The notes below the pieces were generated by a model. It did no database searches. It saw only the letters and a list, made by a program, of their open reading frames with translations, and had not been told where the DNA came from. A stretch of DNA of 63,693 nucleotides, filler included, from Octopus bimaculoides (lineage: Eukaryota): the NCBI RefSeq assembly GCF_001194135.2. It is 10 parts of 10 records of this genome, joined end to end, with 100 filler letters (N's around TTAATTAATTAA, not from the genome) between each part and the next. Parts side by side here need not be neighbours in the genome. Positions count along the whole stretch, not along the records: positions 12,054 to 21,584 come from NC_068991.1; positions 21,685 to 26,402 come from NC_068987.1; 8 more parts are not named here. One strand, given 5' to 3'. Below, in pieces: positions 12,850-25,607 of the stretch. The stretch's first letter is position 1, and the number at the start of each line of letters is the position of its first letter. The translations under genes were made by a program, and so were the position numbers.

Positions 12850-15327
12850 GTTACGGATATATTTCTATTTTCTCAACGAGTCACGTTATTATTTATAAGA
12901 GTTCGTTATTATTTATAAGAGGGTTGTTAATGTCTATCACTTCAACATCTTCCCTTTTCAGATTGATCTCCGCTGGAAGTGAATAAATATTTTTTTTTTC
13001 AAACCACATCTCCATTTTTGAGATTTATTTCCATCGAAAGCTTAATAATTTTTTCGTTTTGGAACGGCTTCCAACAATTCCGTATATTTTCTTTTTCTTG
13101 TACTTGTACGCCTTGGCTCGACGGTTTCTTGTGGAGAAAATATGGTAGAGGACTTCAAAAATATCGTAGAAGACTTCAAAAATATCGTAGAGGACTTCTA
13201 CGGGTACCTCTTTCCTTGTAACCATTTCTTCAGCAAGCCTTTTTTCCAGTTGATTCATGATTATGTTCCCATTTCGAACCTTTCACCATATACGTCATTT
13301 TACCGATCCGTTTTATCATTTCGCCATCTTCCCAACCTTCTTTCCATTTCTGTACACTCTGAAAAACACCTTATCGCCAGTTTTTAAATAGTGTTTTCCC
13401 AGGTTTTTTTTTATTTTTCTTCCAGGTAATAATTTGTCAAAAACTGTCCTTTTTTCTCTTGCGGACATCAGTTCAGCAGGCAACATGCCTGAAGGGGTAT
13501 TTGGGTTTGGCGTTACACGGTAAACTCTCGGGAATTGTGACAATGCTATATCACCCATTACCTCATTTCTGGATTTCCTTAGCACCCTTTTGAACGTGTC
13601 CACAAAGCGTTCAGCTTGTCTGTTCGATCTTAGGTGATACGGAGGACTAGTGATACATTTACATATGTGTGACCATTTTGTAACGCTATCTACTATTGTT
13701 AGATAATATTATTCGTTTGATGGTCCTGTGAAGTCTATGTGTAGCCTTGTCTATGAAATATCGGTATTGGTCCAAGGTTGAAATTTTGTAGGTAGTGACT
13801 TCGCTGCAAGAGCAAAACCTATGCAGGATATTATTGACTTCTCAGTAAACATAACTCTTCATAAGTGACTTCATCCAAAACATACCTGGATGTCCAGTGT
13901 GGAATTCCTTTAACATTCGATTTTGTAGTGAGACAGGCATTACGATCTTCTGTGCATACATAAGCACGTTATTATATATCGAATACAAGTTCGAAACTGT
14001 ATTACGTCCATTAACGCGTATTTTTTTGTGATCTCATTATTATTTTCATTTTCATGATAAACTCGTCCGTCTCTGACTATTTTTTTTTATTTCCCCCAAC
14101 GTGACAGGCAATTCAAGCACAGCGTTGCACAATATAATTATTTCATTTTCGGCTCTTAACGTCCCTATTACTGTGTCTTCTAGTGGTTGACTGTATTTTG
14201 GTATTAACTTCGACAAACTACCTGCATGTCCCAATTTTTTAGATGGCAAATAGTCCATCTTGAAGTCATAATTTAGTATGATCGTTCTCCAGTACTGCAA
14301 TCTGTTGGCTGTATGTGTGGGAATAGGCTTTTTTGATTCATAGATCGACAATAATGGGCGGTGGTCTGTCTGCAAGTGGTATCTTCTTCCATGTATAAAT
14401 TTATGGAATTTCTTTATCGCAAATATGACGGCTAATGCTTCCTTCTCTATTTGACTGTAACTTTTCCCAGCCGGCAGTAAGGAACGCGAAGCATGAGCTA
14501 CAGCTTTCGCGGTACCATCTTTATATTTGTGTAAAATCTTACCTCCAACACCACTTTCTTGCTGCCACTACTATTTCTAAATGCGGGTCAAAATGTGATA
14601 ACGACAATTCCGACGTTAAGATGTTTTAATTTCTTCAAAAGCTTTTTGGCGCCTGTCCGACCAGTTCCATTTAACGTCCTTTTTTTAACAACTTCCTCAG
14701 GGATGAATTTAAATCATCCATGTTTGGTAGGCATACCTGGTAGCAATTTGCAAGCTCCATATATACTGGTAACGGTGTAATGTTTGTCAGAGGGAGCATA
14801 ATTTTTATTGCACTCGTCCTTGACGGGTTTGTTCTACGTCCATTTTCATCAATAGTCTGCTCTAGGTATTTTATTCTTGGCATAAAAAATTCACTCTTTT
14901 CTTCGCTGAGCTTAAAACCATTATTTTTTACTTTTTCGAAGACTTTTTTAACATGCTCAGCATGCTGACCACGAGATTCACGTTTTATGAGTATGTCATC
15001 AAGTTAAGCTATAGCGAAATCCGAACCTGCGAGCGTAGTGTCTATAACTTGTTGAAAAATACCTGGTGTAACCTTTATACCAAAAGGAAGTCGATTAAAT
15101 TTAAACAATCTTCTATGGGTAATTATTGTTAATAATTTTGAACATTCCTCATTAGCTTGTACCTGCAGGTATGCTTCAGTTAGGTCCAACTTTGAAAAAC
15201 ATTTTCCTCCATTCAACTTCGCGAAAATTTCTTCCGCATTTCGTAACATAAAACATTCGTTTAACCATGTTGAAAAATCAGCACATACGCGGATATTATT
15301 ATTATTATCATCATTATTATTATTATC

Positions 15328-15416
<89 letters not shown>

Positions 15417-15997
15417 CATTAATTTTATTGAGTGAGAGAGCAGTGCATACCATCAAAGTGACACTGGGGTAAGATATACGAAGCCCAGTATACCCACCAT
15501 CACTACCTGTCTGATAAGGGTACACCAGGCACATGCATCACAACCATATGTGCACGACATGGTGATCTCATATCAAGATAAACAGCGCATGACCTCGCAG
15601 GTGGGGCCTAGTTAGAATTTTCTTCAGGTCGAGTAGCCCATCCCGCTCAAAAGGTCCCTGAATAAGGTCTGTTTAAGGATGTTGAGCAAAACACCCATGT
15701 TTCCAAAGGTGAATTATTCAAACCCCAAAGAATTCCTCTCAAAACATGGCTATGATGCTCCCCCACTACTTCTGCTCATGATCAGAGATGCACATATCGT
15801 CAGCCACCAAGAGACATGCTCAACTAGTTAAGGTCAAACAACTGACAAGCAAATCTGTGGTATTAAGCAGAATATTTACTGTAGCCCTTCTTTTATACCA
15901 AAACAAAACAAAATTCATGATAACACTTCCAATCAATCAAGATCAGAAGCCATGAGAGCCACTGCCTTGTACTGCATTATTATTATTATCATTATTA

Positions 15998-16059
<62 letters not shown>

Positions 16060-17323
16060 TTGACATAAACTGTCAGGAACGCCCATTCAGCGTAATATAT
16101 TTTTTTCAATAGGTACACACTTTTCAAGTCTATCCAACTTTTCGTTAATTTGTTTAAACGTTGTGAAAGATACAGTCCTTATTGGTTTAAATTCCGGTAT
16201 AGAAATTTCTTTTACTTGAAACTTCGCCTTTGTTTTTGTGCAAAGACCTAATTCATCAGTAAAAAACTTTGGAAAAATCATTCATATTTATAAAAAAAAA
16301 TATTTATGGGGAGGTTCCATAAGTTACAGGTCCGTTACAAGTCGACATTTCTTCAATTATATCTGCGTCATGTCTTAAATTTATAATCCTCTAGTATTCC
16401 TCTGCTACTGCTTGTAGAGTTAATTTTTGTTCCTCTTCTAATTTTGTTAATATCAAGAAACGTTTTTATGTATCTTTCCTTGCAGTTAACACTTGAACAA
16501 AGATTAAACATTTGAAAAAGTCTGGGGTTAATTCATTTAATTTGAATTTTCACATTCTCAGTTTACCACCTAGCATAGGTAACGAAATCCTTATCTTTTT
16601 TTTTTTACTAAATTTAAACACTGCCAGCGAGTATTGTACAGGGAACTTCTTTGACAGAAAATTTTCGATAGAATGTTAATTGTGTCATCGAAACAAATAT
16701 CACCTGGTTTCTTCGGCAGAATATAATTACAGTATTTTTCGTGATCGGCAGGAGATAACTTTCTTAAAAGTAGTTGAATTTTCTTCTTGTCAGTCCAATT
16801 GCTGCATTCATCTTTGAAGATTTCTTCGTATCTTTAAAAGTATACAGAGAAAGTAATAACTTCTGCTGGATTACAGACGAACTCTCCATTCGAGTTCGCT
16901 GCAGAGTCCGGCGTAAACAACCCGGAAGTATCTTCAGACTACTTCAACATTAATTCCAGTAACTGTTGCTGTTGTTGTTCTCTTTGCTGATGCAGCTGCA
17001 GTTGCTGCTGCTGCTATTGCTCTTTCTGCTGTTACTGCTGTTGTTACAGCTGCTGTTGCTGTATATATTCACCTTGTAAACGATTTTTTTCTTTGGTTTC
17101 GTACCAAAAAATTCGACCTTCCGACGCAAGCTTCGAATATCTCGTCGCCACTTTTCTATCCCCAGTTGCGGATATACGATTTTAGCGAAGGGGTGGTAAA
17201 ACAATGTATTCACAGACGTAACTTCCGACTACCAACACGCGAGACTCAAACGCCTTATTTTCTATTTTCTTAACGGGACACCTTACTCTTTATAAGAGTG
17301 TTAATGTCTATCACTACGATACA
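12850..17323 (-). mobile_element. Decayed near-full-length Ty3/Gypsy LTR retrotransposon
   Basis: The 5' LTR (~17164-17323) is followed by TGGGGATAGAAAAGTGGCGACGAG (PBS-like). Internal motifs: Gln-rich gag; RT IRVCADFS, FSKLDLTEAYLQV and FNRLPFGIKVTPGIFQQ; RNase H QTDHRPLLSIY; integrase FHTGHPG and DTFKRVLRK. PPT AAAAGGGAAGA precedes the 3' LTR start TGTTGAAGTGATAGAC at 12947. Confidence 0.9.
15430..15976. mobile_element. ~550 bp non-coding repeat flanked on both sides by (ATT)n, copy 1, inserted in the Gypsy RT
   Basis: Clearly homologous end to end with 31871-32415; flanking tracts are 15293-15429 and 15977-16060. Confidence 0.85.
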
Positions 17324-17427
17324 TGCATACATACACACGTATATGCATAAATGCATACATACACCCGTATATGCATAAATGCATACATACCTACACACAT
17401 ACATACATAAACACATACATACATACT

Positions 17428-17600
17428 CGAAGGCGCGTAGCTTAGTAGTTAAGCTGTCACTCTCACGAGCGCAAGATTAATGTTTCGTTAACAGAACGGT
17501 GGTGCGTTGTGTTCCTGAGAAAACCACTTCATTTCACGTTGCTCCAATCTACTCAGCTGTAAATGAGTAACTCTGCAATGAATTGGCGTTCTGTTTAAGA
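17428..17600 (+). mobile_element. tRNA-derived SINE family D, degenerate
   Basis: GGCGCGTAGCTTAGTAGTTAAG head and TTCACGTTGCTCCA..CACTCAGCTG core are shared with 21093-21395. Confidence 0.7.
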
Positions 17601-17888
17601 AGAATGTTGGTCTGCCTGCCAAAATTGCATCTGATAATATTAGCTAGCGCAAAGGTCACAAAAACTGTAGATAACATTCTAATCAGATATATGTCATAAT
17701 CAGTAAATTATAAATTATATTTTAAAAATACTTTTTAAAAAGCAGCTTAACACAGATTTAATGAATGGTAAACCGTATGAATTACCTTATAACACGTGTG
17801 TTTGAAAAGCTGAAACAACAAAAGTACTTACATATAAACGTCCTTCGATCACGTCTGTGTTAACCTCCTTTTTTTTTAAAGATCCTAT

Positions 17889-17928
<40 letters not shown>

Positions 17929-18074
17929 CATAATTTTTGATCTAGAAAATCTTATTCTCTTACAACCTATTCTCAATAAACCCACGCCTCACTTTCAAAC
18001 CAGAGTTAACAGATATATGGTCTAACACTATGCTATAAGATGTACAGTCCGCCACAATATTTAATCTAACTTAC

Positions 18075-18183
18075 CATGTATGAGGTTTTTGCTTCCTTTT
18101 GCGAAATCAATGTCACACAGAGGATTAATTTTGAGCGTTACCAAAGGATAAGTGTCCATCTCTGTCAGTTTTGATTTATCACC
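18075..18183 (-). CDS. Coding exon (phase 0 to 1), possibly death-domain-like
   Basis: Strong acceptor ttttttcccattctctccttag|GGT and donor CATG|gtaagt; 109 nt open as GDKSKLTEMDTYPLVTLKINPLCDIDFAKGSKNLIH. Confidence 0.65.
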
Positions 18184-18366
18184 CTAAGGAGAGAATGGGA
18201 AAAAATTGTTGAGTTCGTTTTAATAAATACATATGTTTTATATGAACAGATAAGAGAGTCACTATGGAACCTACCCGAAACAATATCCACATGCTAGGTA
18301 TAATCAAAATATATCCTTCTGTCTTATCTACATATATAATTGTGTACGTACACACCCACGCACACA

Positions 18367-18406
<40 letters not shown>

Positions 18407-18454
18407 CACACACGCACACACACACACACACACATACATAATATATATATAGCT

Positions 18455-18900
18455 GGTGGTCCGAGTGTTTCGTGCGTTGTTGACGGACTTTCAGTGTTTC
18501 TCAACTGCTCCTCGGAGAAAATGTACCTGACTTCCATTCGCCAGTCAATAGCATAGGTCGTCTGTTTTATGAAGCAGTCATTAACAGGTTGTGTGGTGAC
18601 AGCGAATGGAAGGACTGAAGAAAGGGACTTTACTCTTCAGTTAAGCCATGGTTGACTTTTTTTTTTTCAAGTTTAGCTTGGAAAGAAAGTTGAGTTTGAA
18701 GAGGACGATGCCACCACTCAGTAAATTTGTTTAAATGTGAGCGTAAACGGCAAACATGGCTTGAATGAATAGGTGTACTCTAAGCAAGCTCCTCCTATTG
18801 GCTGAGAAATGATATACGAGAGAGGGAACTTGTCCATGCTGGTTATGATAATCTAGAATCTATGGCATCCCTCCTTGATTGGCCCTAGATAGTTCCCCAC
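18455..18900 (-). mobile_element. Decayed LINE (CR1/L2/Jockey-like) RT C-terminal fragment
   Basis: Only weak motif remnants (RYIFSEEQL) with multiple stops. Confidence 0.35.
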
Positions 18901-19220
18901 CACTAATAGTCACTTTTCTTATTGTCTTCTTTTTATTTTTCGTTATCACTTGTTTTTGTTATTTTCTTTCTTTACATTTTATGTAATCCGCCTCTGAGTT
19001 GTATCCTGTTCTTTATGGCAATCTTATTATTGCCAATTTACTGCATTCACTTAAGAGATGGTCCCTTCTTTTTGAGTGTACACCGTGTATACTTTCTATT
19101 TTTTTTTTTTTTTTTATCATTTCATTATCTGTAAATCCTCTCACTTTATATCTGTGTCTGTATTGTCCCCCTCATCCTTCGCCCTTGTGGCAAATAATTG
19201 AAATTATTATCATTATTATT

Positions 19221-19322
<102 letters not shown>

Positions 19323-19437
19323 TTGTTCTCTGCTTACCTTAAAAATTCTTATAATTCTTAGAGTAGTTGTTGAAAATCTATAGAAATCAAATCTCTGCAC
19401 GGGCTCTACCACAACGGCTTTTACAGCTGCAAAGAAA

Positions 19438-19558
<121 letters not shown>

Positions 19559-19779
19559 CGAGCTGGCAGAATTGTTAGCACACTGGGCGAAATGCTTAGC
19601 GGTATTTCGTCTACCACTACGTTTAGAGTTCAAATTCTGCTGGAGTTGACTTGGCCTTTTATCCTGTCGGGGTCGATAAATTAAGTACCAGTTGAGTACT
19701 GGGGTCAATGTAATCGAATATCCCCCTCTCCAAAGGCCTTGTGCCTATAGTAGAAATTATTATTATTATTATTATTATA

Positions 19780-20400
19780 GACGTCATACCGTGTACAATA
19801 CCATGAGGTTGTTGATTGAAGATATTGTATCGACCGGAGTTTGTACTGTTTGTCAAGTCACCACAAAGACCTCAAACAGACAGTATATTACGCAATATGC
19901 GTGCAGTTCCAAGTAATGCCGACTTTTGCAATACATCTAGATTGTAGGGTATTTCTAAGGTTTTCAGATGTTTTTTTCAGATTGGGTGGTTTTGAGCCCA
20001 ATGCTTCGATGACAATAGCTGCCACATCTTAGCGATCCCAATTCTCAGGTCTCCTCCATATTTATCAGTCTTTTTTCTTTCTTTCAGGATAATATGTTGA
20101 TCTCTTGGCACTGCCATGTCGATTATTAGGCACTCTTGTTTGTCCCTCCTAAAGGTTACTATACCCGGCCTTCGGTGTTCTAACACCTTGTCAGTTTGAA
20201 ATCAAAGTCCCAGACGATTTTTGCCTTCCCCTTTTCGTCCATTACCTTTTCCAGTGTATGTTGGTTCCAAGCACGCGTAACCTCATATCCCATACTTACG
20301 GCATAGTAGCCAGTGGAGGTTTTGGGCTTCCTTGTCGTGTTTACGCTCGTACTCTTTCTGCGCAAGACTTCCGCAAGCACTAACAATATGAGTCACGTCT
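19780..20400 (-). mobile_element. RLE-type LINE 3' end (family 1, R4/Dong/NeSL-like)
   Basis: KIVWDFDF..RRPGIV..ECLIIDMAVP (PD-(D/E) restriction-like endonuclease) and LQKSALLGTARILR C-terminus; ends in an (AAT)n tail. Confidence 0.8.
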
Positions 20401-20455
20401 TTGACCCTCCCTTATTATTATTATTATTATTATTACTGTTGTTGTTGTTGTTGTT

Positions 20456-20492
<37 letters not shown>

Positions 20493-20501
20493 TCATCATC
20501 G

Positions 20502-20559
<58 letters not shown>

Positions 20560-20599
20560 TATTGCTGCTGTTGTTATTTGATGAAAACACTTAGCTTAT

Positions 20600-21030
20600 T
20601 TGGCTGGGTATGATGGAAAGTGTCAGCTGCCCACAGTCAGCAGACTAAAGTGACACTTGTTTCACTGGTCATGCTTCAAGAACCCTGCGAAGAATTCTCG
20701 CAGCCCCAAGCAATGCTGATTTTTGTAGGGTTTTCTACCTTTACACTTGCACCCATCTTTTTATTGGTATCACATCTACTCTCTTCATTGACCACAACCT
20801 TCGTATTTCCCACTTCAAATCGTCATAGTTTTTTCTTATTTTTCTTCTTCTTTCACATTGATCCTCTTGTTACCGGGGCATGCTATGTCGATTATCATAC
20901 ATATTCTTTCTTTTTTTTATTCACCACAACAGTGTCCGATGTCTGGTCGGGTGATCGCACTGGATCATTATATCTCACAGGATTTTGCTATTCTCCTTTT
21001 CGGTGATTCCTTCTGGAGTTTTCTTATACC
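20600..21030 (-). mobile_element. RLE-type LINE 3' end (family 1), second copy
   Basis: NSKIL..IMIQCDH..DTVVVNKKERICMIIDIACPGNKRI..DDLKWEIRRLW..LQKSALLGAARILRRVL; the tail runs into an AAT/GAT tract. Confidence 0.8.
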
Positions 21031-21092
21031 ACGTCTTTGCTCTACATACATACATACATACATACATACATACATACATACATACATACAGT

Positions 21093-21395
21093 GAGGGCGC
21101 GTGGCTTAGTGGTTAGAGCATACGGCTCACGATCGTAAGGTCGTGAGTTCGATTCCCGGCGACGCGTTGTGTCCTTGAGCAAGACACTTTATTTCACGTT
21201 GCTCCAGTCCACTCAGCTGGCAAAAATGAGTAGTAGCTGTATTTCAAAGGGCCGGCCTTGTCACGCTGAGAACTACGTTAGGGGTACACGTGTCTGTGGA
21301 TTGCTCAGCCACATGCACGTTAATTTCATGAGTAGGCTGTTCCGTTGATCGTATCAACTGGGACCCTCGTTGTCGTAACCGACGGAGTGCTCCTT
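21093..21395 (+). mobile_element. tRNA-derived SINE family D, best-preserved copy
   Basis: A box GGCTTAGTGG and B box GTTCGATTC, then the TTGTGTCCTTGAGCAAGACAC core. Other copies are 57710-57945(-) and 58255-58575(+). Confidence 0.85.
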
Positions 21396-21427
<32 letters not shown>

Positions 21428-21699
21428 CATCAACACTATTCCTTCAATTAGCGTATATTTAACGTCGTGCAACGCTAGTGATGTTTTTCCAACATAGCTT
21501 AGAACTGACATATGTCGTGCCTTTACAACCAAGATCAGCGGTGGTGGTGGTGGTGGTGGTGGTTTTGGTGGTGGTGGTGGTGGTNNNNNNNNNNNNNNNN
21601 NNNNNNNNNNNNNNNNNNNNNNNNNNNNTTAATTAATTAANNNNNNNNNNNNNNNNNNNNNNNNNNNNNNNNNNNNNNNNNNNNATATATATACCGCCT

Positions 21700-22920
21700 G
21701 ACTGGCCTTGTAGGGTTTTCGAGCGAGATCGTTGCCAGTGCCCCTGGACTGGCTCCTGTGCAGGTGGCACATAAAAGACACCATTTCGAGCGTGGCCGTT
21801 TTCGTGCGGGTGACACGTAAAAGCACCCACTACACTATCTGAGTGGTTGGCGTTAGGAAGGGCATCCAGCTGTAGAAACTCTGCCAAATTAGATTGGAGC
21901 CTGGTGTTGTCATCCGGTTTCACCAGTCCTCAGTCAAATCGTCCAACCCATGCTAGCATGGAAGGCGGACGTTAAACGATGATGATGATGATGATGATGT
22001 GTGTGTCCCACCTACCATGTAACAACATATTTTTCACCCACCATACCCTAAGACACCGAACATCTCTTTTAAACTGCATCTTTCTCTTCCTCACATTTCC
22101 TATGATTGTTTTCCAATCCCCTTTCTTGTCTTCACTACCCTGCTCCCCCACCCCATATTTTTCTACCCACGTTCTATGCTTAGAACCTTATTACTTGTGA
22201 GTATACACTAGCACTACACCATCTCTCTTCTACTCTCTCTTACACTTTTGCTGTTTCCTACTCTCTCTCTTTCCTTTTGGTCACTCTCTCCTTCTCTTGC
22301 TTTTCTTCTGACTAGGTAACCAAGTATCTCCTTTACATTAGCACACTTTTTTTCTGGCCTCTTTCTTGTACCCCTCTCTCTCCCTCTTTCACTGGGTAAC
22401 CATGTACCTCCTCTATAGCAGGACACCTATTTTTGCCTCTCTATTTCTCTGTCACACTCTAACCTTTCCTCATCTGCTACTGGTTCACCTCCTCTAATAT
22501 CCCTTCTGTTGAGGCAAGACATCTGCTTCTGTCTCTCTGTCTCTTTGTCACATTTTAACCTTTCATCCTCTGACACAAGTTCCCCTCCTCAAATGCTCCT
22601 GCCCCTCTCATAATTCCGTGTCTTGCAAGTTGCTTGGTTACCCTGCCAGTGCTGGTGTCACATTAAAAGCATCCTGTCCACACTGTAACGTGGTTCACCT
22701 TTGGAAGGGCATCCAACTGTAAAAATCATACCAAAACTGCCAGTGTCACATAAAAAGCACCAAGTCTCCTCTGTGGAGTGGTTGGTGTTAAGAAGGGCAT
22801 CCAGCCGTAAAATTCCTGCCAAAACAGACACAGTAGCCTCGGGTAGTTTTTCTATCTGGCTGACTCCTGTCAATCATCTTACCCATGCATGGAAGATGGA
22901 CATTAAACGATGACGATGAT
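21700..22920 (+). mobile_element. RTE-LINE 3' UTR/tail fragments ending in (GAT)n
   Basis: Recurrent GTGGTTGGCGTTAGGAAGGGCATCCAG...CCAACCCATGCTAGCATGGAA..GGACGTTAAACGATGATG. The same tail is at 23425-23560(-), 23890-24200(-), 50790-51030(+), 51150-51300(-) and 53915-54055(-). Confidence 0.7.
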
Positions 22921-22990
22921 ATATTAATCACTTGAAGTATATATTGAAATATTATTTTACCAAACAAAATATATAAATCTTTATACTTAC

Positions 22991-23152
22991 TACTGTCAAA
23001 AACTGGATTTGAAACAATAGAAGGCAATAAAATGGAAAATTTATTGTCTTCTTTGCTATAGAGGTATGCCTGGAAATTAAGTCTCACAACATTCAGTGAC
23101 ATATTCTTGCCTTGATTTCTGGCTGATTCTTCAGCAGCATGGATTTCAATCT
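22991..23152 (-). CDS. NFKB1-like: NF-kB family (p105/p100/Relish-type) Rel homology domain exon
   Basis: Acceptor tttttattgtcatttctag|AG and donor AGT A|gtaagt (phase 1 to 1). It encodes IEIHAAEESARNQGKNMSLNVVRLNFQAYLYSKEDNKFSILLPSIVSNPVFDS(K), matching the recalled p50 motif QQTKEMDLSVVRLMFTAFL...EPVVSDAIYDSK. Orthology among NFKB1, NFKB2 and Relish is not resolved. Confidence 0.85.
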
Positions 23153-23559
23153 CTAGAAATGACAATAAAAACAATGAAATAATAATAGTCCTTTCTATTA
23201 TAGGCAAAAGGGGTAACAGTTTGGGGCAGGGAATTAGTTGATAACATCGACCCAGTTCTGAACTGGTGCTTATTTCTTTAATCTGAAAGAATGAAAGGCA
23301 AAGTCAACCTCAGTGGAATTTGAACTAAAAAGGTAAAGATGGACGAAGAGCAAATAAACATTTCTAACAATTTTGTTAGCTCACAGCCATAATGATGATG
23401 ATGATGATGATAATGATAACTATCATCATCGTTTAATGTCTGCTTTCCATGCTGGCATGGGTTGGACGGTTTGAGATTGAGCTAGGTTGCAGCGAGCTGT
23501 CCAGACTCCAGCTGTCTGTTGAGGCAATGGTTTCTACATCTGGATGCCCTTCCTAACAC

Positions 23560-23830
23560 CAACCACTTAACAAGTCCTCTGTAGCCAAAGCCCACATTTC
23601 ACTGCCATGTAACATAGTTGTACATACACAGGCATCAAACAACCTACCTTTCACTCTGACGGAGAGGCCCTTATTTAACAACAAAAGTAGAAGCTCTCTG
23701 AACTTTGCCCAGCCTATTCTTACCCTAACAGCTACACTTCCAGAACTCCCTTCCCCACTGCTAACTTGGTCTCCTAGGTAACAGAAGCTATCTACTATGT
23801 CTAATGATCCACATGAGCATTTCAAGGAGC
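23560..23830 (-). mobile_element. RTE-clade LINE RT C-terminal fragment
   Basis: LDIVDSFCYLGDQVSSG..RVRIGWAKFREL..KGLSVRVKGRLFDACV..MLHGSEMW. Confidence 0.85.
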
Positions 23831-24654
23831 CTACTGTAATAATAATAACTAGCAGGACTCGTGAATATTTCATGGAATTAATGGTAAACATCATCATCAT
23901 CATCATCATCGTTTAACATCCGCTTTCCATGCTAGCATGGGTTGGACGATTTGACTGAGGACTGGTGAACCAGATGGCTACACCAGTCTCCAATCTGATT
24001 TGACAGAGTTTCTACAGCTGGATGCCCTTCCTAACACCAACCACTCTGAGAGTGTAGTGGGTGCTTTTACGTGCCACGCTCAAAATGGTGTATTTTACAT
24101 GCCACCTTCACAGGAGTCAGTCCAGCGGCACTGGCAATGATCTCGCTCGAATGACTTTTCAAGTGCCACCGGCACAAGTGCCAGGAAGGCGACGCTGGTA
24201 ACGTGGGTTATTTCTGAAAACTTTATCCAAAAAACCTGAAAGTGTAGCCTGTGTTGTGTCTGTATCAAAAGATAGTTGCTTATCTGTTAATCACTGAAAA
24301 GTGAAGGAAATTGAAATACGATGATTACTTAATGCCTTTTAAATACACACTTTACATACTTTATGCACAATTTTATAGACTTAATACACAGCACACTCCC
24401 TCTTTTTCTCTCTCCCTTTTCTTTCACTCTTCACCTTTACCTTCATCTAATCATGTGAAAGCATTACAGACAAGCTAAGTAATGGAGGAAAAAAACTTCA
24501 TTCCAAAAAAAAAAAAAATTACACATTTCACCACTTCTACCCCTCTACCATCCACATCTCTCTCCCCCTCTCCTCTCCCTCAGCTAATCATATGGAAGCA
24601 TTAAGGACAGGCTAAGTAATAGAAGAACAAGCAGAATTATTATAAGATTCTTTC

Positions 24655-24860
24655 TACTAAAGGCACAAGGCCTCCAATTTTAAGAGAGGAGACTAGTCAA
24701 TTACACTGATCCCAGTGTTTCACTGGTACTTAATTTATCAACCCCAAAAGGATGAAAGGCAAAGGTGACCCTGGTGGAATTTGGACTGAGAACATAAAGA
24801 TCCATCAAATGCTGCTAAGCATTTTACCTGGCATGCTAAGAATTCTGCCAGCTCACTACC

Positions 24861-24897
<37 letters not shown>

Positions 24898-25359
24898 TAA
24901 TCCTTTCTACTATAGGAACAAGGCCTGGAATTTTGGGGGAGGGGGCCAGTTAATTACATCAACCCTAGTGTATAAATGATACTTGTTTCATCGACCCCGA
25001 AAGGATGAAAGGCAAAGTTGACCTCGACAGAATGTGAACTCAGAATGTAAAGACAAGTGAAATACTGCTAAGCATTTTACCTGGCATGCTAATGATTCTG
25101 CCAGCTCACAGCCTTAATAATAATAATAATAATGATGATGATAATGATGATGATTTTAAATTTTTCCCACAAGGGCAGCTTGGGGGAGGGGATTAAGCCG
25201 ATTACATCAACCCCAGTGCATAACTGGTACTTATTTAATTAACCCCAAAAGGATGAAAGGCAAAGTTGATCGCAGTGGAATTCGAACTCAAAACGAAATA
25301 CCACTAAGCATTTCGCCCAGCATGCTAACAATTCTGCCAGCTCCCCGCCTTAATAAATG

Positions 25360-25390
<31 letters not shown>

Positions 25391-25607
25391 TGATGATGAT
25401 GATGATGATGATAATAGTTATAGTAATAATCCATTTTGACTATAGGCACAAGGCCTGAAATTTTGGGAGATGGGGCTAGTCAATTACATCAACCCCAGAG
25501 TTCATCTGGTACTTATTTCTTGACCCTGAAATGATGAAAGGCAAAGATGACTTCAGCAGAATCTGAACATAGGACATAGAGTCAGGAGAAATGATGCTAA
25601 GCATTTT

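Noticed and set aside
18075-18183. Reading this exon as the RHD N-terminal G.xS..TYP.V motif of a second Rel gene
   Set aside because: No preceding RFRY or following HxHxLVG was found, and the boundaries do not fit the recalled RHD introns.
21093-21165. tRNA-like sequences
   Set aside because: They are SINE heads running into repeat bodies, with no complete cloverleaf.
24200-24290. Possible upstream RHD exon (DKQLSFDTDTTQATLSGFLDKVFRNNP)
   Set aside because: Poor donor, abuts an RTE insertion and has no LGI/KK motif.
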